NCBI RefSeq assembly: GCF_000092105.1
Contig: NC_014148.1
Span: forward strand, 4,110,001-4,142,000
Direction of reading: 5' to 3'
DNA from: Planctopirus limnophila DSM 3776
GTDB taxonomy: Bacteria; Planctomycetota; Planctomycetia; Planctomycetales; Planctomycetaceae
DNA length: 32,000 bases
Notes under the pieces: generated by a model
Databases searched by the model: none
Told to the model about the DNA's origin: nothing
The model's input: only the letters and a program-made list of their open reading frames with translations
Program-made: the position numbers and the translations under genes
Shown: piece after piece, positions 18,734-26,952 of the stretch
Layout: each line of letters begins with the position of its first letter
Numbering within the stretch: position 1 is the stretch's first letter

Positions 18734-18838
18734 TCTTATACGGTTCTCAGGGAACAACGGCGCGTTGTTGGCTGCGAAAACATGCTTGCCCAGAGCTGCA
18801 AGCATGGCACACAGAGCGCCATTATTTCATGGAAAGCG
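18734..18838. repeat. Copy B of the ~100-nt structured intergenic repeat
   Basis: See copy A at 8302-8405. The identical hairpin lies at 18781-18806, preceded by the A-run 18777-18780. Confidence 0.75.
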
Positions 18839-18856
18839 TCTTATCACATCATATGA

Positions 18857-18880
18857 GTGCATGCCGAAGACTTCATGCAC
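18857..18880. repeat. Copy 3 of the ~30-nt hairpin motif
   Basis: The string is aGTGCATgccgaagacttcATGCACccgac. It lies about 22 nt past the tsf terminator in the minus-strand direction, the same relative position as copy 1 behind the nrdJ terminator. Confidence 0.55.
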
Positions 18881-18902
18881 CCGACTTCAAAAACATGTTA
18901 TG

Positions 18903-18948
18903 AAAAAAGGAACAGCGGAGGGTACCCATTCCGGATGCCCCCCGCTGC
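18903..18948 (-). terminator. Rho-independent terminator of tsf
   Basis: On the minus-strand RNA, the CAGCGGGGGG...CCCUCCGCUG stem has one mismatch and a ~15-nt loop. It is followed by a U-rich tract (the plus-strand A6 at 18903-18908) and begins about 45 nt after the tsf stop. Confidence 0.6.
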
Positions 18949-18991
18949 AAATTCAACAATTCTCAGGTGTGGAGTTCACCACGGGGGTCAA

Positions 18992-19828
18992 TTAATTACC
19001 AATGACCCAGCGAGTAAACCCGGCAGCCTTGAATCCCTGCTCCGCCAATGCCTGGCTGACAGACTTGCTGTCATCCTTGGCAAAGGGCTGCTCGACGAGC
19101 ACACCCTGCTCGACATAGAAATTCTTGAGGCGGCCTTCCACAATCTTCTCGACCACGGCTGCCGGCTTGCCACTCTTGAGAGCTTCTTCCGTCAGTTTGG
19201 CTCGTTCAGCAGCCACAAGTTCCTGTGGCAGTTCGGTCGGATGTGTGGCCTTGGGCTTCAGTGCGGCAATGTGCATGGCAACATCACGCAGAACTTCAGA
19301 CGGCTTGCCGGCTCCTTCAGCCCGGAACAAAACGCCGTTTTTCTTGTCGTGATGAACGTAACCACCCACAGGGCCAGTCACTCGTGCGATCTTGGCCAGC
19401 ACCATCTTCTCACGAATCTTGTTGACGACTTCGCCCAGCAGATCGTTCAACGATTGACCAGGACGATCAGGGGCTGCCTGTGCCAGCAGTTCTTCAGGAG
19501 TCGCTGCACCAGGCCCGTTCAGCAATTGCTTGATGCACTGGTTGGCCAAAAAGTTGAAGTCTTCCGAAACAGCCACTGGTGCCGATTCGCACTGCAGTTC
19601 AATCATGGCGGCTTCGCTGCCATCAGGCTTGATTTCGATAACAATCAAACCTTCCTGCGTCGAATTTTCTGACCGCTTGACCATCACCTTCTTGCCCCAC
19701 TCCTTGAGCAGAGCCAACGCCTTTTCCTGATCGCCACCGGCTTCAGTCAAAGCCTTTTTGCAGTCCATCATGGGCAGGTCGGTCATCTCGCGTAACTGTT
19801 TTACAGCGGCAGCAGTAATTTCCGCCAT
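18992..19828 (-). CDS. tsf: Translation elongation factor Ts
   Basis: The N-terminal UBA-like string ITAAAVKQLREMTDLPMMDCKKALTEAGGD is diagnostic of EF-Ts. An AGGAGAG Shine-Dalgarno-like sequence lies upstream, and the gene is downstream of rpsB. Confidence 0.95.
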   Translation of the reverse strand: MAEITAAAVKQLREMTDLPMMDCKKALTEAGGDQEKALALLKEWGKKVMVKRSENSTQEGLIVIEIKPDGSEAAMIELQCESAPVAVSEDFNFLANQCIKQLLNGPGAATPEELLAQAAPDRPGQSLNDLLGEVVNKIREKMVLAKIARVTGPVGGYVHHDKKNGVLFRAEGAGKPSEVLRDVAMHIAALKPKATHPTELPQELVAAERAKLTEEALKSGKPAAVVEKIVEGRLKNFYVEQGVLVEQPFAKDDSKSVSQALAEQGFKAAGFTRWVIGN

Positions 19829-20039
19829 CTTCTCTCTCCTGTCGGGACAAGCCGAATCAATCTCGTTAAATGAAGTCAGTCACTCGATTGTGAGGCTGAC
19901 CTCTTGAATTTTCTCACGCTCCAGCTCACCAGCTGGTCGCAAATGATTTGGGTTTCAATGCTCTGAAATCAGAATCAAAAACTGGTCGATTCTGGATTCC
20001 AGACTCAAATATGAGCCTTTGGGTTCATTTGCAAAAGTA

Positions 20040-20074
20040 ACTTCTGGCAAAGAAACCAATTCTTCGCCAGAAGT
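20040..20074 (-). promoter_or_regulatory. 15-bp stem-loop in the rpsB-tsf spacer (candidate attenuator/processing signal)
   Basis: The plus strand reads ACTTCTGGCAAAGAA-accaa-TTCTTCGCCAGAAGT. The single non-Watson-Crick position is an A/C mismatch on the plus strand but a G-U wobble on the minus (mRNA) strand. On the mRNA the hairpin is followed by UACUUUUGC. Confidence 0.4.
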
Positions 20075-20178
20075 CCACAAATCACATTCCCACTCCCAGT
20101 CGAAACTGGCGGGTCTTTGATCAGCCAATTGCACTCGAAACCCCAACCGTCACTCGCAGGATTTCCGCCTGAATCGGC

Positions 20179-20922
20179 TTACAGCGATGGACGTGGCTTG
20201 AGTTGCTCTTCGACCATAGGCTCAACCTTTTCCTGTGGCAGAACGCTCTTGCCTTCCAGAATGGATTCTGTCAGGTGCTGCAGGACGAGTTGAATCGAAC
20301 GGATGCTGTCGTCGTTGCCGGGAATGGGCAGATCGACCTGATCAGGATCGCAATCCGTATCAAGCAGAGCGATCGTCTTGATGCCCACGAGCTTGGCCTC
20401 GTGCAGCGCGTTGTGCTCTTTCCGAGGATCGACAATGACCATCGCCTCTGGCAGACGGTTCATGTTCCGCAGACCATCGAGGTTGCGTGTCATCTTGGTG
20501 CGTTCGCGGAGCAACGTCGAACGGCGTTTCTTCGAATAAGTCTCGATTTCGCCCGATTCAAAGAGCTGATCCAGCTCTTCCAGACGCTTGATACGACCAC
20601 GAATCGTGCGGAAGTTCGTAAAGACACCACCCAGCCAGCGGTAATCGACGAATGGCATACCGGCCTGATTGGCATACTCACGGATCGCATCCGAAGCCTG
20701 CTTTTTGGTGCCGCAGAACAGAATCAGGCTGCCCTGAGAAGCCACTTTCTGCAGGTATCGCTTGGCTCGCAACAGACCGCGAACCGTTTCCTTGATGTCG
20801 ATAATATGGATCAGATTGCGGCGGCCGTAGATGTAAGGCCGCATTTTGGGATTCCAGCGGCTGGTACGGTGACCGTAATGAATCCCGGCTTCAAGAAAAT
20901 CCTTGACGACAATATCGCTCAT
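20179..20922 (-). CDS. rpsB: 30S ribosomal protein S2
   Basis: [18 protein letters not shown] and the following sequence are canonical S2. I chose the ATG at 20922 (MSDIVVKD...). Confidence 0.95.
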   Translation of the reverse strand: MSDIVVKDFLEAGIHYGHRTSRWNPKMRPYIYGRRNLIHIIDIKETVRGLLRAKRYLQKVASQGSLILFCGTKKQASDAIREYANQAGMPFVDYRWLGGVFTNFRTIRGRIKRLEELDQLFESGEIETYSKKRRSTLLRERTKMTRNLDGLRNMNRLPEAMVIVDPRKEHNALHEAKLVGIKTIALLDTDCDPDQVDLPIPGNDDSIRSIQLVLQHLTESILEGKSVLPQEKVEPMVEEQLKPRPSL

Positions 20923-21165
20923 GAAATCACCCAACTACTGCCGTTTAAGGCAGGGCTCGATCACTGAGAAACGAGTGCAGCAACGTTGCCACTCTCCTCG
21001 CCGGCCGACGTGGGAGCCTCCCAGTCACCGCCAAAAGCCATACAGGCACAGCCTTCGGTTCTGAATTGATATGTGGTGATGGTAGTCTGCCGCCAGAAGA
21101 CCGTCAAACCTGCCGGGATAATTAAGTGTACGTAAGTTTATATTCCGTAAATATTTTGCGAGAAA

Positions 21166-22107
21166 TCATTCTCCGTGAACCTCCCCTTCATTCCAAGTGG
21201 CCAGGAGCGGCAGGATTTCGGCGGATTCGTATGCCATGAACCGCACACTGCCGTCGCAGAATAGAAAATTTCCTCCCCCGGCATGCAGGCTCCAGAAGTG
21301 GAGGGCATCGCAATATTCGTCCAACTTGCCGGGTGCGAAAGGGTAGAGCCGATCTTCGCATTGTCCGATGGATACGAATTTATTGTGAGGAACCTGAGCC
21401 ACACGCTCTCTTACGCCCAGCAGCATATCGGCACTGCCACTCCCCTCCTGCCCTGCTCCGGTATACCACCAGCCAAAATTGTGATCAGGGCTCGGCGGAC
21501 GCTCCCCCACACACAAGGTCTGGCTTGTGCCATCGGTGATCTCCGCCAGTCGAATGCGCTTGCCATAGACAAGTGCGCCGGTTGAACTTCGATAATCAAC
21601 ACCTGAGACCCCCAGGTAACTGGTCATCCCCACCAGCGCTCCATTGAGTGTTGGTGCGTTTCGGGGGCGCGAGGCTCTTTCATCAAGCGGACAGACGTAA
21701 GCGGCCATCGTCTTCGCAAATGGATAATGGGGTGGATTCAGGTACGGTGTGTTATAGATCCGGTAAGCACGCTGAGATTCCTGCCATGGGAATGTCTGCT
21801 CAAGATGAGGCAGAATGGGAACCATCCACGACATTTCCAGGTGTTTCGGATCGGTCGAAGAATCCGATTTTCCTGCGGGAAAAAAGCCCTGAGCCGCCTC
21901 GAACGTGTGGAGTGCCACACCGATCTGTTTCAACTGGTTCTGGCACTGCAGCCTGGCTGCTGCCATTCTTGCCCACTGAACTGCTGGCAAAGTGATCGCT
22001 AGAAGGATTGCGATCACCCCGATGGCCACCAGCAATTCAATCATCGTGAAGCCTCTGGCGGCTAAACACTCGCACGACGGCGTGCGATCAAAGCGACGGC
22101 AGCGCAT
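21166..22107 (-). CDS. DUF1559 / H-X9-DG pseudopilin-like protein with prepilin-type N-terminal cleavage/methylation signal (paralog 1)
   Basis: It has the G|FTMIELLVAIGVIAILLAITLPAVQ class III signal, an LQCQNQLKQIGVALHTF block and a C-terminal HAGGGNFLFCDG (H-X9-DG). I prefer the ATG at 22107, which overlaps the upstream gene's end by 46 nt. Confidence 0.85.
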   Translation of the reverse strand: MRCRRFDRTPSCECLAARGFTMIELLVAIGVIAILLAITLPAVQWARMAAARLQCQNQLKQIGVALHTFEAAQGFFPAGKSDSSTDPKHLEMSWMVPILPHLEQTFPWQESQRAYRIYNTPYLNPPHYPFAKTMAAYVCPLDERASRPRNAPTLNGALVGMTSYLGVSGVDYRSSTGALVYGKRIRLAEITDGTSQTLCVGERPPSPDHNFGWWYTGAGQEGSGSADMLLGVRERVAQVPHNKFVSIGQCEDRLYPFAPGKLDEYCDALHFWSLHAGGGNFLFCDGSVRFMAYESAEILPLLATWNEGEVHGE

Positions 22108-23075
22108 AGCAATACCCCTCCGCAAACAAGCCACCACCAGCCCCAGCCTGTTTGAACTCCTTCAGGCTCGGGTAATCCATAATAAGTCAAATAGGCCTCT
22201 TTCCGATCCAAAGGTACTTCCCACTGCGAATAGTCAAATTCATCTCGCTGACTCGCAGGCTTCGCATTCCCCTTGTCATCAATTAAGAACACTTCAACCA
22301 CAGAAGGTAATGCCATACCTTGCACAGTCTGCCATCCCGAAAATCGAACTCCGTTGCACACTGGAATGCTTTTATCCGGCTCATGCACCTGATAGCACGA
22401 TTCATAGCGCACAGGAAAATCGTTGTACTGAGGTGCGTAGTAGATTTTGACCCTTGAAGGATTGTCAGAACTATAGATACGGCGAGAGAGCACCTCCTCC
22501 CTTGACAACGTTTTCAACTCAAATTCAATAAACTTAACCTCGGCACCCTCAATTATTGCACTTCCCTGATCAATAACCCGAGAAAAGTTCTGGCTAAGCT
22601 TATCCGACTTATTAGCTAACCATTTGAGAGTTCTCCATTGCAGTCGATCAGACTCATCAAGAGGGGACAACCCTCCACGGTCTGTAGAAAGGACGAGCGA
22701 TTTCAACACCCAGGGGTCATTGGAGTAACGCTCCAGTCGCGCCTGATAACCAGGATTAGAAATCATCATATAATGATGATTTTCACTGCTGCCTGGCAGA
22801 ACCGACTCAACAAAAAAATACTGACCGTCTCTCTTAATAGAGACTTTTCCGGGCTTTGTTTCGAGAACCTTGCCGGTTTCACGATCGATCTCCGGACTCG
22901 TGATATTTACAGAATAGCGATCCCCTGCCGAATACGAAGCCCATTTCTGCAGGAGACCGGAAAGCAAAGGATCGTGCGGCTTGCTCTGCGCTGAAACTAC
23001 AGCAGGTACTGCTGAAAAAGCTGCGAAGAACATAACCGTTATCATACATGCCGTTTTTGTTGGGTAAATCAACAA
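22062..23075 (-). CDS. Secreted protein with conserved PEP-CTERM-like C-terminal tail (tail-anchored paralog 1)
   Basis: It has an N-terminal signal peptide (...FAAFSAVPAVVSA|QS). The C-terminus is YLTYYGLPEPEGVQTGWGWWWLVCGGVLLCAAVALIARRRASV. It is paralogous to 24255-25280, 25403-26435 and 27045-28064. The start is a TTG at 23075 or an ATG at 23045. Confidence 0.7.
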   Translation of the reverse strand: MLIYPTKTACMITVMFFAAFSAVPAVVSAQSKPHDPLLSGLLQKWASYSAGDRYSVNITSPEIDRETGKVLETKPGKVSIKRDGQYFFVESVLPGSSENHHYMMISNPGYQARLERYSNDPWVLKSLVLSTDRGGLSPLDESDRLQWRTLKWLANKSDKLSQNFSRVIDQGSAIIEGAEVKFIEFELKTLSREEVLSRRIYSSDNPSRVKIYYAPQYNDFPVRYESCYQVHEPDKSIPVCNGVRFSGWQTVQGMALPSVVEVFLIDDKGNAKPASQRDEFDYSQWEVPLDRKEAYLTYYGLPEPEGVQTGWGWWWLVCGGVLLCAAVALIARRRASV

Positions 23076-23238
23076 TTTATTCTCGTTCTATTGAGCGTAT
23101 ACGGGGCAACTGAACAACCATTGTCTGGCGAGAGACAGCAGGCTGAATCAAACCTTCGCAGATGCCTTTGTATTCGGATGGGTTTTCATAGATGGTAGAT
23201 TGTTATTCCATGTAAAACAGCAATACGTAGAAACTGCA

Positions 23239-23259
23239 AGCATCGCTTGATGCGATGCT
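23239..23259 (-). terminator. Weak candidate terminator after DUF1559 paralog 2
   Basis: An 8-bp stem AGCATCGC/GCGATGCT with a 5-nt loop lies about 20 nt after the stop at 23278. The downstream U-tract on the minus strand is poor (UUGCAGUUUC). Confidence 0.3.
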
Positions 23260-23277
23260 ATTGATGATAATCAAGAT

Positions 23278-24258
23278 TTACTCCACGCGATTCTCCCCTT
23301 CATTTCTGGAGGCGAGGAGCGGCAGGATTTCGGCGGATTCATACGCCATGAACCGCACACTGCCATCGCAGAATAGAAAATTTCCTCCGCCGGCATGCAG
23401 GCTCCAGAAGTGGAGGGAATCGCAAAGCTCGTCGAGTCGGCCCGGTGCAAAGGGATATGGTTTGTCCGGGCAATGACCATCGGTAATAAATTTGTTGTGC
23501 GGCGTCTGGGCCACTCGCTCTTCAACTCCCAGCAGCATGTCGGCTGAACCACTCCCCTCCTGACCAACTCCCGTATACCACCAGCCAAAATTGTGATCAG
23601 GACTCGGCGGACGCTCGCCCACGCATAACGTCTGGCTCGTGCCGCGGGTCATATCAGAAAACCGAATCACTTGATCAAAGATCAGCACACCGTCCGAGGT
23701 CATGTGGTTTCTTCCCATGACTCCCAGGTAGCTCGTCAGGGCGACGAAACCTCCGTCAAGAGTTGAGGCACTGCGAATTTTTGACGCTCGCTCGTCGAGT
23801 GGACAGACATACGCCGGCACGACCTGGGCAAACGGATAATGGGGCGGGTTGGAGTAGGGGCTGGCTTTCATTTGATAAGCGGCTTGAGACTCATGCCAGA
23901 GAGTGGCCTGTTCGAGATGGGGCAGAATGGGAATCATCCAGGACATGGAATGCTGTTTGGGATTGGTTTTTAAGCCGGTCTTGCCCACAGGCAACTGGCT
24001 ATGTGACGCTTCGAACGTGTGGAGTGCCAGACCAATCTGCTTGAGCTTGTTCTGACATTCCAGACGTTTGGCGGCATGGCGTGACCACTGAACAGCGGGA
24101 ATCGTAATGGCGACCAGGAGGCCAATGACTCCCATCGCCACAAGCAGTTCGATCAATGTGAAGCCGCTCTTTGCGGCTTTGCTTTGCTGGAAAATGAAGT
24201 CCGCTAAAACGCTTGACAGCGAGCGGCAAGACACGGATCTGCGCAGTTCTGCGTTCAT
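23278..24258 (-). CDS. DUF1559 / H-X9-DG pseudopilin-like protein with prepilin-type signal (paralog 2)
   Basis: It has G|FTLIELLVAMGVIGLLVAITIPAVQ, LECQNKLKQIGLALHTF and HAGGGNFLFCDG. Its ATG (24256-24258) overlaps the stop of the upstream gene as ATGA. Confidence 0.85.
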   Translation of the reverse strand: MNAELRRSVSCRSLSSVLADFIFQQSKAAKSGFTLIELLVAMGVIGLLVAITIPAVQWSRHAAKRLECQNKLKQIGLALHTFEASHSQLPVGKTGLKTNPKQHSMSWMIPILPHLEQATLWHESQAAYQMKASPYSNPPHYPFAQVVPAYVCPLDERASKIRSASTLDGGFVALTSYLGVMGRNHMTSDGVLIFDQVIRFSDMTRGTSQTLCVGERPPSPDHNFGWWYTGVGQEGSGSADMLLGVEERVAQTPHNKFITDGHCPDKPYPFAPGRLDELCDSLHFWSLHAGGGNFLFCDGSVRFMAYESAEILPLLASRNEGENRVE

Positions 24259-25280
24259 GTGTGCCGCCTAACGGCGATGACCCAAACCGCGAAGCATGCC
24301 AGTCCTCCCGTAACCAGTAACCACCACCAGCCCCATCCCTTGGACACACCCTCCGGTTCTGGCAAGCCGTAATACGTTAAATACGTCTGTTCTTCGGGGA
24401 AGGGAGCGTCCCAGTTCGAGTGGTCGAACGTGAGAGTCTGCATCGGCGGTCCGTCGAGGGGTGAAATCCACAACTGCCAAATCTCAGCCTTCAAGGGAAT
24501 GTTCAAACCATCGAGTTCACTCCATTCGCTATACGCATGGGCGATCGGACGATGATACGACTTCCCATTAGAACTGAAATTCAAATCGAAGTCGATACGG
24601 ACAGGTGCTCCATCGACCTTGGAGGAGAGATAGAATTTGGCTTTAGGAGTATAGTTGACTGGTAGTAACGCCTTTTTGCGCTCTTCAGGCACATCGGGAA
24701 AGGTTGCTTCGAGCACCCGAACCTCTTCACCCCGCCATGTTTCTCGCGGCAGTTCCTTCAACAGGACACCGGGTTCGCCGAGTCGGTCGCGGAGGATGAC
24801 GGCTTGGCCTAAGTGCGGCAACTCGTTGAAATCATGTTCCCGACTCAGGTCGGGTGGAAGATTCGACCCCAGTCCCAGCTTTTTCAAGACCCAGCGATCA
24901 TTGTTCACCCGTCTCAATAAGGCCCCGTAATGGGAGTTGCGGATCAACAAGTTTGTTAGAGTTGTTTTTGGTCCTGTAGGGAAAGGATCCTCCATAATGT
25001 GATAGCTCGCCGCTTTCTTCAAATGGCTTATGGTGGAAGCAAATTGCATATCACCTGGATTCTCAGGGTTTACACGGGTTGATAGTGTCAACGAATACTG
25101 GAACTTATCCGGCAAGCCCGGAATCTTCCACCAGTTCAGAAGTTCAGCAGGCGTCCATTGCTGATGAGTAGGATTGGATTGCTGGTCAGCCGCCTCGCAG
25201 GCGGGAGCAAAGCCCATGAAGGTCGATACTGCGGAGCAAATCGCCGATAGGAGCAAGAGGCCAAGAAGATACTTGATCAT
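24255..25280 (-). CDS. Secreted protein with PEP-CTERM-like C-terminal tail (tail-anchored paralog 2)
   Basis: From the ATG at 25280 the protein reads MIKYLLGLLLLSAICSAVSTF... (signal peptide). The C-terminus is YLTYYGLPEPEGVSKGWGWWWLLVTGGLACFAVWVIAVRRHT. The longer ORF-track form (to 25562) overlaps the 3' end of paralog 3. An in-frame ATG at 25406 forms an ATGA overlap with the paralog 3 stop. Confidence 0.7.
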   Translation of the reverse strand: MIKYLLGLLLLSAICSAVSTFMGFAPACEAADQQSNPTHQQWTPAELLNWWKIPGLPDKFQYSLTLSTRVNPENPGDMQFASTISHLKKAASYHIMEDPFPTGPKTTLTNLLIRNSHYGALLRRVNNDRWVLKKLGLGSNLPPDLSREHDFNELPHLGQAVILRDRLGEPGVLLKELPRETWRGEEVRVLEATFPDVPEERKKALLPVNYTPKAKFYLSSKVDGAPVRIDFDLNFSSNGKSYHRPIAHAYSEWSELDGLNIPLKAEIWQLWISPLDGPPMQTLTFDHSNWDAPFPEEQTYLTYYGLPEPEGVSKGWGWWWLLVTGGLACFAVWVIAVRRHT

Positions 25281-25402
25281 AACCACATCCTGAGGATCAT
25301 CCTGCGTGCTGACGCCATCGGAAAGTCGCATGCAGGTGATTTTACATAACGTGTCGCAATCACTCCGCGTTTCATGTGCTTCGGATGGTCTGCGGAGCGA
25401 TA

Positions 25403-26435
25403 TCATGAAGACCTCCGGCGGATTAGAATCGTCATCGCGACTACCAGCAGCCCTCCCGCAAGTAGCAACCACCACCAGCCCCATCCCTTGGAGACACCTT
25501 CCGGTTCGGGAAGGCCGTAATAGGTCAGATAGGCCTGTTCCTTCGGAAACGGCGAGTCCCATTCCGAGTAATCAAAATCGGCGCTCCAGTGCGGCTTTCC
25601 CTGGGGCTCGAACGTGTCGCTGTACCAGCCTTCTTGTCGTCGGGGAAGGTGGAATCCACCGTGAGTGACCCAGTCGGTGTATCGGACTGTGGAATTCCTT
25701 GTTTTCGCTCCGGGCGAGTCGCCAAGTAAAAAAGTCTGGTCGAGACGTTGTATCGCATTCCCCAATCCTCTCCCGGAAAAAACGCGGGCCCAGACAATGT
25801 GAGGAATATACCGCGAAGTCTCTTGACGCGTGCCGGACCGAGGCGGAATGGTGACTTCAAACATCTTCGGTTGGACGCCGTCGGCAGTCCCTTCGTGATA
25901 ATCGTCTATACGGAGGCCGCCCTCCTCAAACCGTTCCTTCAGTCCAAGACCGACATGAGTGGGAAAATGAAACGATTCCCACCGTGCATCGATCAGCGTG
26001 TCGTAAGCTTTCTGATGCCGAAGTGCCAGAGAATTGAGCACCCACTTTTTCACCTGGGATTCGCAGCAATTTGGCGGCGTAGTCGGGATTGACAATCTCG
26101 ATGGCCTCCATCGCCCCTTCCGTATCCAGCGGGCGATAGTCGTGGATCCAGTGTCCTCCGTCCGATCGCACCGTTGATACATATCTCTTGAATACTTCTG
26201 TTGGAAGCTGATTCTTGAACTGGGATTGGGTTGATGCGATCTTCATTTGAAAAGATTCGGGGCGATCATCGTTCGACCACCGCCGAAGAAGCTCGTCCAA
26301 ACGTCGGCTTGCCACCACATCGTCGCCTGCACGACACTGCACATGTCGGCACGGCACGGCACTGAAGAGTAACCATGCCAACATGAGACGTATTGCAAAA
26401 CGGTGGTGGTTCGGTCGCTGTGGCCATAAGGACAT
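25403..26435 (-). pseudogene. Tail-anchored paralog 3, interrupted by a 1-nt frameshift at an A5 run
   Basis: ORF 25926-26435 supplies the signal peptide through ...IVNPDYAAKLLRIPGEK. ORF 25403-26182 supplies ...WVLNSLAL... through YLTYYGLPEPEGVSKGWGWWWLLLAGGLLVVAMTILIRRRSS. Together they reconstitute a 343-aa homolog if one A is removed from GGTGAAAAAGTGG (plus-strand T5 at 26046-26050). Confidence 0.65.
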
Positions 26436-26559
26436 ATGAAATGATCCAGCCGGGACGTTCGTGGGTCGAGTGGTGAAGTCCAGAATTCAGGCGCCCGACC
26501 ACATGGCATACCGGACATCGATCCTGTGGAAATTATCGTCAATCAGGGAGCCGGACGAT

Positions 26560-26862
26560 TCAACCGGCATGGCAATAGCAATTGATACTGTCGGTTGGGG
26601 AATCCCGACACTCGCAGAAGGCCGCGCCTCCAATGGGGTTTCCACAGATTGACCGGTCGTTTCCGCACGTTCGAGGTCCTCCGTTTACTGATCGACGATC
26701 TTTGCAGGCGTCGGAAGTTCCGCTACAGTTAATGTGGTAGGTTGCTCCATCTCCCGTTTCTTCGCCATCCTCCGGGGTATTGTCATCGGCCCAAACGCTG
26801 GTGATGAAGGCGGCGGTCGAGAGGCAAAAGCAGGCGAAACCGAGGGTCAAAAATCTTCGCAT
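26560..26862 (-). CDS. Small secreted 8-cysteine protein (P1)
   Basis: The 100-aa ORF starts at ATG 26862, preceded by AGGAAA. It has a signal peptide MRRFLTLGFACFCLSTAAFITSVWA|DD, an acidic spacer, then the Cys pattern C-x6-C-x12-C-x6-C-x9-C-x-C-x9-C-x-C. It is paralogous to 28197-28510. Confidence 0.6.
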   Translation of the reverse strand: MRRFLTLGFACFCLSTAAFITSVWADDNTPEDGEETGDGATYHINCSGTSDACKDRRSVNGGPRTCGNDRSICGNPIGGAAFCECRDSPTDSINCYCHAG

Positions 26863-26952
26863 GGCAAGTTTCCTAGTTGAGTGACAAAATCTTCGTTCAG
26901 AGACAATCCCTTCAGCGGATGGCCAACCTCGACACAGAGGGGGCGGTGGGAG

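Noticed and set aside
19955-20146. 63-aa ORF in the rpsB-tsf spacer
   Set aside because: It has a TTG start, AT-rich non-coding-like composition and no motifs. It is also occupied by a strong mRNA-sense hairpin (20040-20074). An untranslated spacer is more likely.
20203-20967. 254-aa plus-strand ORF
   Set aside because: It is antisense to rpsB, whose translation is unambiguous, and has no recognisable motifs. The same reasoning rejects 16418-17176 (antisense to trpB), 13925-14612 (antisense to the amidohydrolase), 18857-19672 (antisense to tsf), 9053-9682 and 28509-28826.
25281-25562. N-terminal extension of tail-anchored paralog 2 (435-aa version)
   Set aside because: The upstream part is an alternative-frame read of the conserved 3' tail DNA of paralog 3. 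The ATG at 25280 starts a clean signal peptide matching the other paralogs. The ATG at 25406 is kept only as a possible scar (see findings).
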